Shown here in pieces: positions 10,750 to 21,104 of a stretch of DNA of 64,000 bases. The translations under genes and the position numbers were made by a program. This stretch comes from Bacteroidota bacterium (GTDB lineage: Bacteria > Bacteroidota > Bacteroidia > 2-12-FULL-35-15): NCBI GenBank assembly GCA_947469885.1, contig CANIQT010000004.1:111794-175793 (forward strand), given 5' to 3'. Under the pieces are notes generated by a model. It was not told where the DNA came from, ran no database searches, and saw only the letters and a program-made list of their open reading frames with translations. Numbering within the stretch: position 1 is the first letter of the stretch; every line of letters starts with the position of its first letter.

Positions 10750-11535
10750 ATGGGAAGCTTTGAGAACCTTTTAACAACAATGGATAATGGAACATTAACC
10801 ATCACCATTAATCGTCCTGATAAATTAAATGCTTTAAATAAAAAAACAATTGAAGAATTAAATGTGGCTTTAAAAAATGCAGAAGGAGATGGTGTTGTAA
10901 AAGTAATTGTAATTACAGGGTCAGGACCAAAAGCATTTGTGGCAGGAGCCGATATTTCAGAGTTTGCAGATTTTAATGTAGAACAGGGAAAAGCATTAAG
11001 TGCAGATGGACAAAAAAAATTATTTGATGTAATTCAAAACTTAACCAAGCCTGTAATTGCTGCTATTAATGGTTTTGCATTGGGAGGCGGTTTAGAACTA
11101 GCAATGGCTTGTCACATTCGAGTTGCATCCGACAATGCAAAAATGGGATTGCCCGAAGTATCGCTTGGTGTAATACCCGGCTATGGCGGCACACAGCGGT
11201 TAACTCAATTGGTTGGAAAAGGAAAAGCATTTGAAATGATTATGACGGCTGATATGATTAATGCAGAAGACGCGCTGAAATGGGGGTTGGTAAATCACAT
11301 CATTGCTCAAGAGAATTTATTAACGAAATGTAATGAGTTAGCAACTAAAATTATTTCTCGTTCGCCTTCAGCAATTGCAAGTGCTATCCGCTCTGTCAAT
11401 GCCAACTTTCAGGATAGCGTAAATGGTTTTGAAGTAGAAATAGAAGAGTTCGGAAAATGTTTTGCAACACAAGATTTTAAAGAAGGAACTACTGCTTTTT
11501 TAGAAAAAAGAAAACCAAATTTTACAGGCAAATAA
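10750..11535 (+). CDS. Enoyl-CoA hydratase (crotonase)
   Basis: NRPDKLNAL, FVAGADI, GFALGGGLEL, GLPEVSLG. Confidence 0.93.
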   Translation: MGSFENLLTTMDNGTLTITINRPDKLNALNKKTIEELNVALKNAEGDGVVKVIVITGSGPKAFVAGADISEFADFNVEQGKALSADGQKKLFDVIQNLTKPVIAAINGFALGGGLELAMACHIRVASDNAKMGLPEVSLGVIPGYGGTQRLTQLVGKGKAFEMIMTADMINAEDALKWGLVNHIIAQENLLTKCNELATKIISRSPSAIASAIRSVNANFQDSVNGFEVEIEEFGKCFATQDFKEGTTAFLEKRKPNFTGK

Positions 11536-11628
11536 AAAATCAATGTGTTGATGATTTGATTTGCCGATTTCCGATTAATACTAAACACATTCAGCACATC
11601 AGCATATCAGCACATCAATAAATCAAAA

Positions 11629-13113
11629 TTGAACCCACTAAAAAAACTTGCCTCACAAACTGCAATCTATGGTTTACCAACCATTGTGGGGAGGCTGCTT
11701 AATTATTTACTCACTCCACTTTATACCTATAATTTCTCTCCAGGTGAATATGGAGTAAATACAACTGCCTATTCTTATGTTTCATTTCTGCTTGTGTTTT
11801 TAACTTACGGAATGGAAACAACCTTGTTTCGTTTCTCACAAACAGAAACAGATAAGGCAAAAGTTTACACTACTTCATTGATTTCTTTATTCTTTACATC
11901 TATTTTATTTATTTTTATTTGCACTTTGTTTTCGGGTAACTTAGCCGAAATAGCCAAATTTACTGGTCATCCGGAATATGTTGTATGGTTTGCAATCATT
12001 ATAGGTACGGATGCATTTGCTGCTATTCCTTTTGCAAAACTAAGAGAACAAGGCAAAGCCAAACGTTTTGCAAAGATTAAAGCAATTAATATTGCAGTAA
12101 ACATTGGCTTAAATTTATTTTTTATTTTGTTTTGTAAACACATTCACGATTCTCCAAGTTCTTCTCTAAAGCCTTTTATTGATAGTATTTACAATCCGAA
12201 AATAGGAATAGGATATATTTTTATTTCTAATCTTATTGCGAGTTTAATAACACTGGTAATGCTTTCTCCTGAAATCTTTAGAGTTCAATATGTGTTTGAT
12301 TCCATACTCTGGAAATTGATGATGAAGTATTCCCTCCCTTTATTAATTGCAGGTTTGGCAGGAATGGTTAACGAAACATTAGACCGGATTTTATTATCTC
12401 ATATGTTACCGGAAAAAGTAGCAATGATACAAACGGGTATTTACGGAGCATGTTATAAGATTTCCATCATCATGACTATTTTTGTTCAGACATTTCGGTT
12501 TGCAGCAGAGCCGTTCTTTTTTAATCATTCGAAAGAAAAAGATTCCAAAAAAACATATTCCGTGGTAATGAATTACTTTGTAATTGTTTGTTCCCTGATA
12601 TTTTTAGGAACAATGATGAACATGGAGTGGATTCAATATTTTGTTGGAGAAAAGTACAGATCCGGATTAGCAGTGGTTCCTATTTTGCTGCTTGCAAATA
12701 TGTTTCTTGGTGTATTCTTCAATCAATCCATCTGGTACAAACTGACAGGACAAACACATTACGGTGCTTTTTTAACAATATTTGGGGCAATAATTACCAT
12801 CGTTCTTAATATTTACTGGATACCACGGATAGGCTATATGGGCAGTGCTTGGGCTACATTAATTTGCTATGCAAGTATGATGATTGCTTCTTATTTTTTA
12901 GGTAATAAACATTACCCTGTTAATTATGAGTTAAAACGCATATTGGGATACATTGGTTTATCAGTAACTTTGTATTTTATCAGTACATTTATTCAAACCA
13001 ATTCTACAACAATAAAATTAATTATTGATAATTTATTGCTCGTTTGTTTTATCGCAGTTGTTTGGAAAATGGATGGAAAAAAATTAATACCAGAGAGGAT
13101 AAATGAAAATTAA
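11629..13113 (+). CDS. Polysaccharide flippase / MOP superfamily transporter
   Basis: TTG start, many TM helices, [10 protein letters not shown] and [10 protein letters not shown]; lies upstream of dut as is typical in Bacteroidota. Confidence 0.85.
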   Translation: MNPLKKLASQTAIYGLPTIVGRLLNYLLTPLYTYNFSPGEYGVNTTAYSYVSFLLVFLTYGMETTLFRFSQTETDKAKVYTTSLISLFFTSILFIFICTLFSGNLAEIAKFTGHPEYVVWFAIIIGTDAFAAIPFAKLREQGKAKRFAKIKAINIAVNIGLNLFFILFCKHIHDSPSSSLKPFIDSIYNPKIGIGYIFISNLIASLITLVMLSPEIFRVQYVFDSILWKLMMKYSLPLLIAGLAGMVNETLDRILLSHMLPEKVAMIQTGIYGACYKISIIMTIFVQTFRFAAEPFFFNHSKEKDSKKTYSVVMNYFVIVCSLIFLGTMMNMEWIQYFVGEKYRSGLAVVPILLLANMFLGVFFNQSIWYKLTGQTHYGAFLTIFGAIITIVLNIYWIPRIGYMGSAWATLICYASMMIASYFLGNKHYPVNYELKRILGYIGLSVTLYFISTFIQTNSTTIKLIIDNLLLVCFIAVVWKMDGKKLIPERINEN

Positions 13114-13537
13114 GATTATAAATAAATCAAAACATGAACTGCCAGCCTATGCATCAGATGCAGCAGCAGGAATGGATTTGAGAGCTAACCTGGACGAACC
13201 CATTGTTTTGAAATCGCTGGAAAGAACATTGGTACCAACAGGTTTGTTTATTGAATTACCAATTGGCTCTGAAGCTCAAATTCGTCCGCGCAGTGGGTTG
13301 GCATTTAAAAGCGGATTAACTGTACTCAACTCTCCGGGGACTATTGATGCTGATTACCGAGGAGAAATAAAAGTAATATTGGTAAATCTTTCTCACCAGG
13401 ATTTTACGATAAATGATGGCGAGCGGGTGGCGCAAATGGTTATTGCAAAGCACGAACAAGCCGAATGGATTGAAGTAGAACAATTAGAGGAAACCGCAAG
13501 AGGTGAAGGCGGTTTTGGAAGTACAGGAAAAAAATAA
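13103..13537 (+). CDS. dut: dUTP diphosphatase
   Basis: [32 protein letters not shown]. Confidence 0.97.
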   Translation: MKIKIINKSKHELPAYASDAAAGMDLRANLDEPIVLKSLERTLVPTGLFIELPIGSEAQIRPRSGLAFKSGLTVLNSPGTIDADYRGEIKVILVNLSHQDFTINDGERVAQMVIAKHEQAEWIEVEQLEETARGEGGFGSTGKK

Positions 13538-13546
13538 AATAAGTTT

Positions 13547-14545
13547 ATGAAAATAATTATTCCGATGGCAGGAATGGGCAAACGTATGCGCCCACACACA
13601 TTAACAACTCCCAAACCATTAATTCCTATTGCTGGGAGACCAATGGTGCAGCGAATAGTAGAAGATATCACTAAAGTTTGTGATGAAACAGTAGATGAAA
13701 TAGCCTTTGTTATAGGTCGTTTCGGAAAAGAGGCGGAAGACAATTTGGTAAAGGTTGCCGAAAGTTTGGGTGCAAAAGGAAGTATTCATTATCAGGACCA
13801 ACCATTGGGAACAGCACATGCAATCATGTGTGCAAAAGAATGTTTAACAGGCAAAGTAGTAATTGCCTTTGCTGATACTTTATTCAAAGCCGACTTTAAA
13901 TTGGATTCTTCTCAAGAAGGAATTATTTGGGTGCAAAAAGTGGATGACCCGAAACCTTTTGGTGTGGTGAAGATTGATGCAAACAATGTGATTACTGATT
14001 TTGTTGAAAAGCCTCAAACCTTTGTTTCGGACTTAGCTATTATCGGAATTTATTATTTCAAAGATGGGGAATACTTGAAGAGTGAATTACAATATTTACT
14101 CGATAACAATATTAAAGAAAAAGGAGAATATCAATTGACCAATGCGTTGGAAAATATGAAAGCCAAAGGAACAAAATTTAATCCTGGCAAAGTAACGGAA
14201 TGGTTGGATTGTGGAAATAAAGATGCAACCGTTTATACCAATCAACGAATTTTGGAATTTAATAAAGACCAGCAAAGAACTACTACTATTGTTAATGCCA
14301 ACTCATTAATAGTAGAACCTTGTTTTATTGGTGAAAATGTTCAACTGATTAATTCGAAAGTTGGGCCACACGTTTCCATTGGAAATAATTCTGTAATAGA
14401 AAACTCCATTGTCACGAACAGTATCATTCAAACAAACAGTAAAATTAAAAATGCTGAATTAAGTAATTCAATGATTGGTAACTATTCTGAATATACTGGA
14501 AAATCAGATGATGCAAGCATCGGTGATTACAGCACTATCCGTTAA
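13547..14545 (+). CDS. Sugar-phosphate nucleotidyltransferase
   Basis: PMAGMGKRMRPHTLTTPKPL, QPLGTAHA, WLDCG and C-terminal hexapeptide repeats. Confidence 0.9.
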   Translation: MKIIIPMAGMGKRMRPHTLTTPKPLIPIAGRPMVQRIVEDITKVCDETVDEIAFVIGRFGKEAEDNLVKVAESLGAKGSIHYQDQPLGTAHAIMCAKECLTGKVVIAFADTLFKADFKLDSSQEGIIWVQKVDDPKPFGVVKIDANNVITDFVEKPQTFVSDLAIIGIYYFKDGEYLKSELQYLLDNNIKEKGEYQLTNALENMKAKGTKFNPGKVTEWLDCGNKDATVYTNQRILEFNKDQQRTTTIVNANSLIVEPCFIGENVQLINSKVGPHVSIGNNSVIENSIVTNSIIQTNSKIKNAELSNSMIGNYSEYTGKSDDASIGDYSTIR

Positions 14546-14557
14546 TAAAATAAATAA

Positions 14558-16315
14558 TTGAAAAATAAAGTCATATATTTTTTATTTCATTCAGCTATAC
14601 TTGTTGTACTTTCTGTTGTTCTCCTTTCCTCCTGTAAAACATTAGCTAAAGGAACAGCATCTTCAAAAGGTTCAACAGCAGTAAAAGGGGATAAAGAAAA
14701 AATTGCTTTCGAAGTAAAATTTTTTGATGCCAACCGAGAGAAACTGCTAGGTAATTATGATAACGCCATTGTATTGTTTGCGCAAGCTTTGCAAATGGAC
14801 CCCAACAGTGCTGCTTCCAGTTATGAATTGGCAGGCATTTATGCAATTAAAAAGGACAAAACCAAAGCACTTGAATATAGTAAAAAGGCTGCAACACTCG
14901 ACCCATCCAATGTTTGGTATCAATTGCTGTATGCCGACATTTTGAAACAAAACAAACAACCTTTTGAAGTAGCCGAAGTTTACAAAAGGTTGGTTAAAGA
15001 CAATCCAGACAAAATTGATTTTTATTATGAGTTAGCTAATGCCTATTTGTATTCAAATAAAATAAATGATGCTTTGAAAGTGTACGATAAAATGGAGAGT
15101 ATTTTTGGTGTAACCGAAGAAGCGTCAATGCAGAAACTAACTATATATAAATCAACCAAGGACTTTGATAAATCAATTGCCGAAATTCAAAAATTGATTA
15201 AACAGTTTCCGAAAGAACCCAAATATTTAGGTATGCTTGGAGAGTTATATCAATCCAATGGGATGAACGATAAAGCACTTCAGTCATATAATGATTTATT
15301 AAAAATAGATGCTACCAATGCATATGTGCATTTATCATTAGCTGATTTTTATCGAAGTCAGAAACAAAATGACAATGCATTTGATGAAATAAAAATAGCT
15401 TTCCGAAGTAAGGATTTGGATATTGATACAAAAATTAAAATCCTTTTGTCGTACTATGACATTACAGAAAAGTATTCTGAATTGAAGAATGACGCAAGCG
15501 AATTGTGTAAAATACTGGTTGATGTTCATCCTGACGAAGCCAAAGCTTTTGCTATGTATGGCGATTTTTTGTTTAGAGACAAAAAAAATGAGGAAGCTAG
15601 ACTGCAATACCGAAAAGCCATAGCGTTGGATAGAGAGAGATATGCAATTTGGGATAATCTAATGCGGGCAGATTCGGAACTAAATGACCTGACTTCTTTG
15701 GAAAAAGATAGTAAAGAAGCAATGGAATTATTTCCAAATCAACCCTTACCTTATTACTTTAATGGAGTGACTAATATACAATTAAAAAAATATAAAGAAG
15801 CCATTGACGCTTTAACAGAAGGGAAAGAATTTGTAATAGGTGATAAACTTATTTTAGCAGACTTTTATGCAAGGATAGGCGATGCTCAAAACGAGTTAAA
15901 AAACAAGGATGCCTCTGATGCCGCTTTTGATAGAGCTCTTGAATTTGATCCAAACAATGCTACAGTTCTAAACAATTATGCATATTTTTTATCCTTGAGG
16001 AAAACAAATTTAGAAAAGGCGGGTATGATGTCAAAAAAATCAAATGATTTGGAGCCTAATAATAAGTCGTATCAAGACACATTTGGCTGGATTTTATTTC
16101 AGGAGAATAAGTACGATGACGCCAAGGTTTGGATAGGTAAAGCACTTGATAATGGTGGAAAAGAAGATGGTACGGTGCTTGAGCACTTTGGAGATATATT
16201 ATATAAATTGGGCGAAACAGACAATGCATTGAAATATTGGATGGATGCCAAAAAAGCGGGTGGTGCATCCGATTTGATAGATAAAAAAATTACTGATAAA
16301 AAATTCTATGAATAG
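14558..16315 (+). CDS. Tetratricopeptide-repeat lipoprotein
   Basis: Lipobox LSSC, multiple TPRs, VLNNYAYFLS and YQDTFGWIL. Confidence 0.88.
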   Translation: MKNKVIYFLFHSAILVVLSVVLLSSCKTLAKGTASSKGSTAVKGDKEKIAFEVKFFDANREKLLGNYDNAIVLFAQALQMDPNSAASSYELAGIYAIKKDKTKALEYSKKAATLDPSNVWYQLLYADILKQNKQPFEVAEVYKRLVKDNPDKIDFYYELANAYLYSNKINDALKVYDKMESIFGVTEEASMQKLTIYKSTKDFDKSIAEIQKLIKQFPKEPKYLGMLGELYQSNGMNDKALQSYNDLLKIDATNAYVHLSLADFYRSQKQNDNAFDEIKIAFRSKDLDIDTKIKILLSYYDITEKYSELKNDASELCKILVDVHPDEAKAFAMYGDFLFRDKKNEEARLQYRKAIALDRERYAIWDNLMRADSELNDLTSLEKDSKEAMELFPNQPLPYYFNGVTNIQLKKYKEAIDALTEGKEFVIGDKLILADFYARIGDAQNELKNKDASDAAFDRALEFDPNNATVLNNYAYFLSLRKTNLEKAGMMSKKSNDLEPNNKSYQDTFGWILFQENKYDDAKVWIGKALDNGGKEDGTVLEHFGDILYKLGETDNALKYWMDAKKAGGASDLIDKKITDKKFYE

Positions 16316-17189
16316 TTTGAGGATTAATTATCGATTTTTTTTTTCTGGCAATAATTTTATATCGTTTTTTGTAATCTGTATTTTACTATGTACGTTGCCA
16401 TCTTGTAAAAATCAAAAGAAGATAGTACTTAATAATGGTAAATGTATTTTGGATTATAAAAATGCTAAAGCATTAACTACAAATTTGAAAGCAAACGAAT
16501 TTTATTTCGATAAGTTGAATGCAAAACTAAGTGTAGAGTCGCTTATTGATAGTAGTTCGAATTCATTTACTATTAATCTAAAAATAAAAAAAGATAGTGT
16601 AATATGGATGTCGATTTCGAAATTTGGAATTGAAGGTGCGAGGGTATTGATTACTAAAGATTCGGTGAAGTTGAACATTAGTTTTGGTGAAAAAAAATAC
16701 TTTGTTGGTGACTTTTCTTATATCAGTAAACTTTTAAATGCTGATTTGGATTTCGAAATTCTTCAATCATTATTGGTGGGTAATAGTGTGGCGTTTTATG
16801 ACGAAGACAGTAAACTAAAACCGGGAAACAACAATTGCCAATATACACTTGGAACGATAAGAAAACGTAAATTAAGAAGAGTAATGGAAAAAGGAAAAGA
16901 GCTAAGAGAGTCGGCTCAAAGTATTTATTTAATACCAGAATCGTTCAAGATTTCAAGGATATTGTTTTATGAATTTAATCCTGACAGAAGTTTAGACGTT
17001 CGATATAGCGATTATTCAACCGTTGATTCGGCACAAGTATTACCAATGAAGATGAGCTTGATTTTTAAAGGGCAAAAAAATATTTTTATGGATGCTACTT
17101 ATACCAAAATCAGCCTTAACCAAGAACAAACATTTCCTTTCAAAATCCCTGAAGGGTACGAACAAATTATTTATGATGAAAAAAAGTAG
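16308..17189 (+). CDS. DUF4292 family lipoprotein
   Basis: LPSC lipobox, KKDSVIWMSI, ARVLITKDSV, FPFKIPEGY; sits between TPR and EnvC-like genes. Confidence 0.8.
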   Translation: MNSLRINYRFFFSGNNFISFFVICILLCTLPSCKNQKKIVLNNGKCILDYKNAKALTTNLKANEFYFDKLNAKLSVESLIDSSSNSFTINLKIKKDSVIWMSISKFGIEGARVLITKDSVKLNISFGEKKYFVGDFSYISKLLNADLDFEILQSLLVGNSVAFYDEDSKLKPGNNNCQYTLGTIRKRKLRRVMEKGKELRESAQSIYLIPESFKISRILFYEFNPDRSLDVRYSDYSTVDSAQVLPMKMSLIFKGQKNIFMDATYTKISLNQEQTFPFKIPEGYEQIIYDEKK

Positions 17190-18411
17190 TCTTTTTATTT
17201 TTATTGCAATTTGTGTTTCAATTTTCCTGAGCTCTTCTTTTTCTTTTGCTCAAAAGACAAAAAAGGAGCTAGAGAATAAAAAGAAACAGCTTCAAAAAGA
17301 AATTGAATATACCAACCAGTTATTAGATGAAACAAAAAAGAATAAAAAACTTTCGTTAAATCAATTGGTGACCTTAAATAAAAAAATAAGTGTTAGAGAG
17401 GAACTAATTGCAACTATCAATAATGAAGTGGCGACCCTTAATCGTCAGATAAATGAAAATAATAATTACATCAAAGGATTACAAAATGATTTGAGTCGTT
17501 TAAAAGCAGAGTATGCCAAAATGGTTTATAATGCCTATAAGAATCAAGATGCTTACAGCAGATTGATGTTTATTTTTGCAGCAAAGGATTTTGAGCAGGC
17601 TTTTTCCCGATTAAAGTACTTTCAGCAATATAGTGAATACAGGCATAAACAAGCTGAAATGATTCTTGCTACAAACAAAAATTTGAAACAAAAGGTACTG
17701 GACCTTGAAGTAAGAAAGACCGATAAACGAATTTTATTGGGGAGTCAGGAAAAAGAAAAAGAAAGCCTCACCGCTGAAAAGGGAGAGAAGGAACAAGTGT
17801 TCACCAAACTACAAGAACAAGAGCAAAATTTAAAAAAGGATTTGGATAAAAAGAAAAAAGATGCAGAAAAGTTGCAATTGGCAATTCAACGTGCAATTGA
17901 AAAGGAATTAGAAAAGGCACAAAAAGAAGCAGAAACGGATAATAAACCCAAACCATTAAAATTAGTTTTAACCCCAGAAGCTCAAGAGCTCTCTAATTCG
18001 TTCGAAAAAAACAAAGGCAAACTTCCATGGCCGGTTGCAAAAGGCATAGTTAGCGAACGTTTTGGAGTTCATCCCCACCCTTTGATGCCAGGTATTGATG
18101 TTAATAATAATGGAGTGGACATAACAACAAGTAACGGAACGTTGGCGCGTGCAATTTTTGACGGAGAAGTTACTGCTGTTGGCAGTATTCCTAGTTCAGG
18201 TCAATTTATTATTATTCGCCATGGTGAGTTTCTAACCATTTATTCTAATTTGAAAGATGTTTATGTTAAAGTTAAAGATAAGGTTAAAACAAAACAAAAT
18301 ATTGCTTCAATAATAGTGGATGAGGATGACTCAAAAACACTATTGAATTTGCAGGTTTGGAAGGGAAAAACCAAATTGGATCCCGAAGAATGGTTGTATG
18401 AGAATAATTAG
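17173..18411 (+). CDS. Murein hydrolase activator EnvC-like (coiled coil plus degenerate M23)
   Basis: Signal peptide from MMKKSS, long coiled coil, KGKLPWPV, NNGVDI, IIRHG, LDPEEWL. Confidence 0.88.
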   Translation: MMKKSSLFIFIAICVSIFLSSSFSFAQKTKKELENKKKQLQKEIEYTNQLLDETKKNKKLSLNQLVTLNKKISVREELIATINNEVATLNRQINENNNYIKGLQNDLSRLKAEYAKMVYNAYKNQDAYSRLMFIFAAKDFEQAFSRLKYFQQYSEYRHKQAEMILATNKNLKQKVLDLEVRKTDKRILLGSQEKEKESLTAEKGEKEQVFTKLQEQEQNLKKDLDKKKKDAEKLQLAIQRAIEKELEKAQKEAETDNKPKPLKLVLTPEAQELSNSFEKNKGKLPWPVAKGIVSERFGVHPHPLMPGIDVNNNGVDITTSNGTLARAIFDGEVTAVGSIPSSGQFIIIRHGEFLTIYSNLKDVYVKVKDKVKTKQNIASIIVDEDDSKTLLNLQVWKGKTKLDPEEWLYENN

Positions 18412-18427
18412 GCAATCAATATTTTAG

Positions 18428-18435
18428 TATCTTTG
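18428..18435 (+). promoter_or_regulatory. Bacteroidota sigmaA -7 element of tatA
   Basis: TATCTTTG matches TAnnTTTG, about 22 nt upstream of the ATG. Confidence 0.55.
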
Positions 18436-18457
18436 TAACCAATTAAAAAATCAACAA

Positions 18458-18658
18458 ATGTTAAACTCTGTAGTAATCGGATTTCTGGGCTTAGGTGGTT
18501 CCGAAATGGTAATCATTCTAGTAATTGTGTTGTTGCTGTTTGGCGGCAAAAAAATTCCGGAACTAATGAAAGGTCTTGGTAAAGGCGTTAAAGAATTTAA
18601 AGACGCTTCGAAAGGCGAAGGCGCGGAAGAAAATAAATCTCCCGACAAAAAAGACTAA
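18458..18658 (+). CDS. tatA: Twin-arginine translocase TatA/E
   Basis: [38 protein letters not shown]. Confidence 0.96.
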   Translation: MLNSVVIGFLGLGGSEMVIILVIVLLLFGGKKIPELMKGLGKGVKEFKDASKGEGAEENKSPDKKD

Positions 18659-18732
18659 TGTTTATTTTTAAATAACTTTACATCTTCCTCTGTTATCGCA
18701 GGGGATTTTGTATTTATAATATTCTGCAATCT

Positions 18733-20160
18733 GTGAAAACATACAATTCTCTATCAGAAATAAAATCTGATTTATTAGCTAATACTATTTCCTGCGTTGA
18801 GCTTGTTAATCAATATTTAAAACGTATTGACGAAAAAAAAAAATTGAACGCTTTTTTGGAAGTGTTCGCTGCTTCCGCTTTGGAAAAAGCAAAACAAGTG
18901 GATGAAAAACTAAAAACCAATACTGCTGGAAAACTTGCAGGTATGGTGATTGCACTGAAAGATAATTTATGTTACAAAAGTCATAAAGTATCGGCTTCTT
19001 CCAAAATACTTGAAGGTTTCGAATCGCTTTATTCTGCAACTGTTGTTGAGCGTTTGTTGGCTGAAGATGCCATCATCATTGGTCGTTGCAACTGTGATGA
19101 GTTTGCAATGGGTAGTTCAAACGAAACTTCTTTTTATGGCAATGTTTTAAATCCTTTAGACCCTACCCGTGTACCGGGGGGTTCTTCGGGAGGCGCTGCT
19201 GTGGCTGTAGCTGCTGATTTATGCCTTGCTTCATTGGGAACTGATACTGGAGGAAGCATTCGTCAACCGGCTTCGTTTTGCGGAGTGGTTGGGTTAAAGC
19301 CCACTTATGGTAGGGTTTCGCGCTATGGTGCCATTGCTTATGCTTCATCTTTCGACCAGATTGGACCGCTTACTAAAAGTATTGAAGATGCTGCTTTGAT
19401 AATGGAAGTGATGGCTGGAAGTGACGATTACGACAGTACGGTTTCTTCCAAACCTGTTCCTGAATATTCGAAACAATTAAATAATAGACCAACAAAACTT
19501 CGAATTGCTTATATAAAAGACTGTTTGGAGGCAAATGGTTTGAATCCTGAAATTAAGACTTATATATATAGTTTAATTGAAAAACTAAAAGCTGCTGGAC
19601 ATACTGTTGAACCTGTTGATTTTCCATATCTTGATTATTTGGTTCCTACTTATTATGTGTTAACCACTGCCGAAGCATCGTCCAACCTTGCTCGATATGA
19701 TGGTATTGGCTTTGGATACAGAAGTCCGAACGCTACTGATTTGGAAAGCACGTATAAAAAATCGCGAACTGAAGGTTTTGGTACAGAAGTAAAACGAAGA
19801 ATAATGTTGGGTACATTTGTGTTGAGTGCGGGTTATTACGATGCGTATTACTCCAAAGGACAAAGGGTTCGGAGGCTTTTGCAAAACAAAACAAACAAAA
19901 TTTTAAATAATTACGATTTTGTTATTTTACCTACCACCCCCGGAACTGCTTTTAAATTTGGCGAACACAATGCCGACCCTATAGCCATGTACCTCGAAGA
20001 TATATTTACTGTACAGGCTAATATCACTGGCATTCCTGCCATTTCGTTGCCTATGGGAACTCATTCAAATGGATTGCCTTTTGGAATTCAGGTGGCTGGA
20101 AAACATTTTTCGGAATCCGAATTACTTTCCTTCTCTGAGTATTTGATGAAGCTGAAGTAG
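18733..20160 (+). CDS. gatA: Asp/Glu-tRNA amidotransferase subunit A
   Basis: PGGSSGG, GTDTGGSIRQPA, SSNLARYDG, GFGTEVKRRIMLG. Confidence 0.96.
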   Translation: MKTYNSLSEIKSDLLANTISCVELVNQYLKRIDEKKKLNAFLEVFAASALEKAKQVDEKLKTNTAGKLAGMVIALKDNLCYKSHKVSASSKILEGFESLYSATVVERLLAEDAIIIGRCNCDEFAMGSSNETSFYGNVLNPLDPTRVPGGSSGGAAVAVAADLCLASLGTDTGGSIRQPASFCGVVGLKPTYGRVSRYGAIAYASSFDQIGPLTKSIEDAALIMEVMAGSDDYDSTVSSKPVPEYSKQLNNRPTKLRIAYIKDCLEANGLNPEIKTYIYSLIEKLKAAGHTVEPVDFPYLDYLVPTYYVLTTAEASSNLARYDGIGFGYRSPNATDLESTYKKSRTEGFGTEVKRRIMLGTFVLSAGYYDAYYSKGQRVRRLLQNKTNKILNNYDFVILPTTPGTAFKFGEHNADPIAMYLEDIFTVQANITGIPAISLPMGTHSNGLPFGIQVAGKHFSESELLSFSEYLMKLK

Positions 20161-20250
20161 TAAAAAGGCTCATTCTTCCATCAGTATCTCCTGCTTTTTA
20201 GATAGAATTTATTACCTATTTTTTAAAAAATTAGTTCGATCACCATTTTC

Positions 20251-20327
20251 TTAACATTTACTTAACATTGAATTAACGCAATGGTAATCTAGAATTTTCT
20301 TTTAGATTCCATAAGAAGTTACTTTTG
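20251..20327 (+). promoter_or_regulatory. Pho-box-like 11-bp-spaced direct repeats plus -7 promoter element
   Basis: TTAACAT at 20251 and 20262, TTAACGC at 20273, GTAATCT at 20284, TACTTTTG at 20320; upstream of phosphate transport genes. Confidence 0.6.
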
Positions 20328-20372
20328 CCTAACGTTAATTTAACATTGAATTCATATTAAAATCCATTTCAA

Positions 20373-21017
20373 ATGAACTTAAACATCTTTCAATTTTTCC
20401 AGCCAAAAGATAAAATCTTTTTTATCCTTTTCCGTAAAGCAACGGCTAATGCTACCGAAACTTCAAAAGCATTGGTTGAGTTAGTAACCACTACTTCTAC
20501 CGACAGGAGAAAAGAATTATTCAGAGAAATTGAACGGCTGGAACATATGGGCGATGGCATTACCCACGAAACTTTTAATGAGTTGAGTTTAAATTTTATT
20601 ACTCCTTTCGACAGGGAAGATATTCATGATTTAGTTTCCTCTATTGACGATATTGTGGATTATATTCATGGTGCATCCAAACGGATTGAACTTTACAAAG
20701 TAGAAGAAATGACTCCGGCTATTATTAAACTTTCTGAATTAATTTTGAAAGGCTGTGAGGAATTGGAAAATGCAGTGTCCGAACTTCGTGTGCTGCGCAA
20801 TGTTTCTAAAATAAAAGAATCAACCGTTCGTATCAATAGTATCGAAAATCATGCAGATGATATTTATGATATGGCAATTGCAAAATTGTTTGAAGAAGAA
20901 AAAAACGCAGTGGAAGTTATTAAAATGAAAGATGTTTTGTTTGTGCTCGAAACCGCCACCGACAAATGCGAAGAAGCTGCGAATGTTATCAATACTATTT
21001 TAATTAAAAATGCTTAA
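20373..21017 (+). CDS. DUF47 / PhoU-like phosphate transport regulator
   Basis: LEHMGD, FITPFDREDI, IENHAD, LETATDKCE; adjacent to Pit. Confidence 0.92.
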   Translation: MNLNIFQFFQPKDKIFFILFRKATANATETSKALVELVTTTSTDRRKELFREIERLEHMGDGITHETFNELSLNFITPFDREDIHDLVSSIDDIVDYIHGASKRIELYKVEEMTPAIIKLSELILKGCEELENAVSELRVLRNVSKIKESTVRINSIENHADDIYDMAIAKLFEEEKNAVEVIKMKDVLFVLETATDKCEEAANVINTILIKNA

Positions 21018-21021
21018 ATAA

Positions 21022-21098
21022 TTATGGGTTATGAGTTATGAATTATGAGTTAAGGGACATTCATAACTCATAATTCATAACTCATAATTCATAACTCA
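21022..21098. repeat. Inverted heptamer-repeat hairpin
   Basis: (TTATGAG/TTATGAA)n followed by (TCATAAC/TCATAAT)n. Confidence 0.85.
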
Positions 21099-21104
21099 AA
21101 AACT

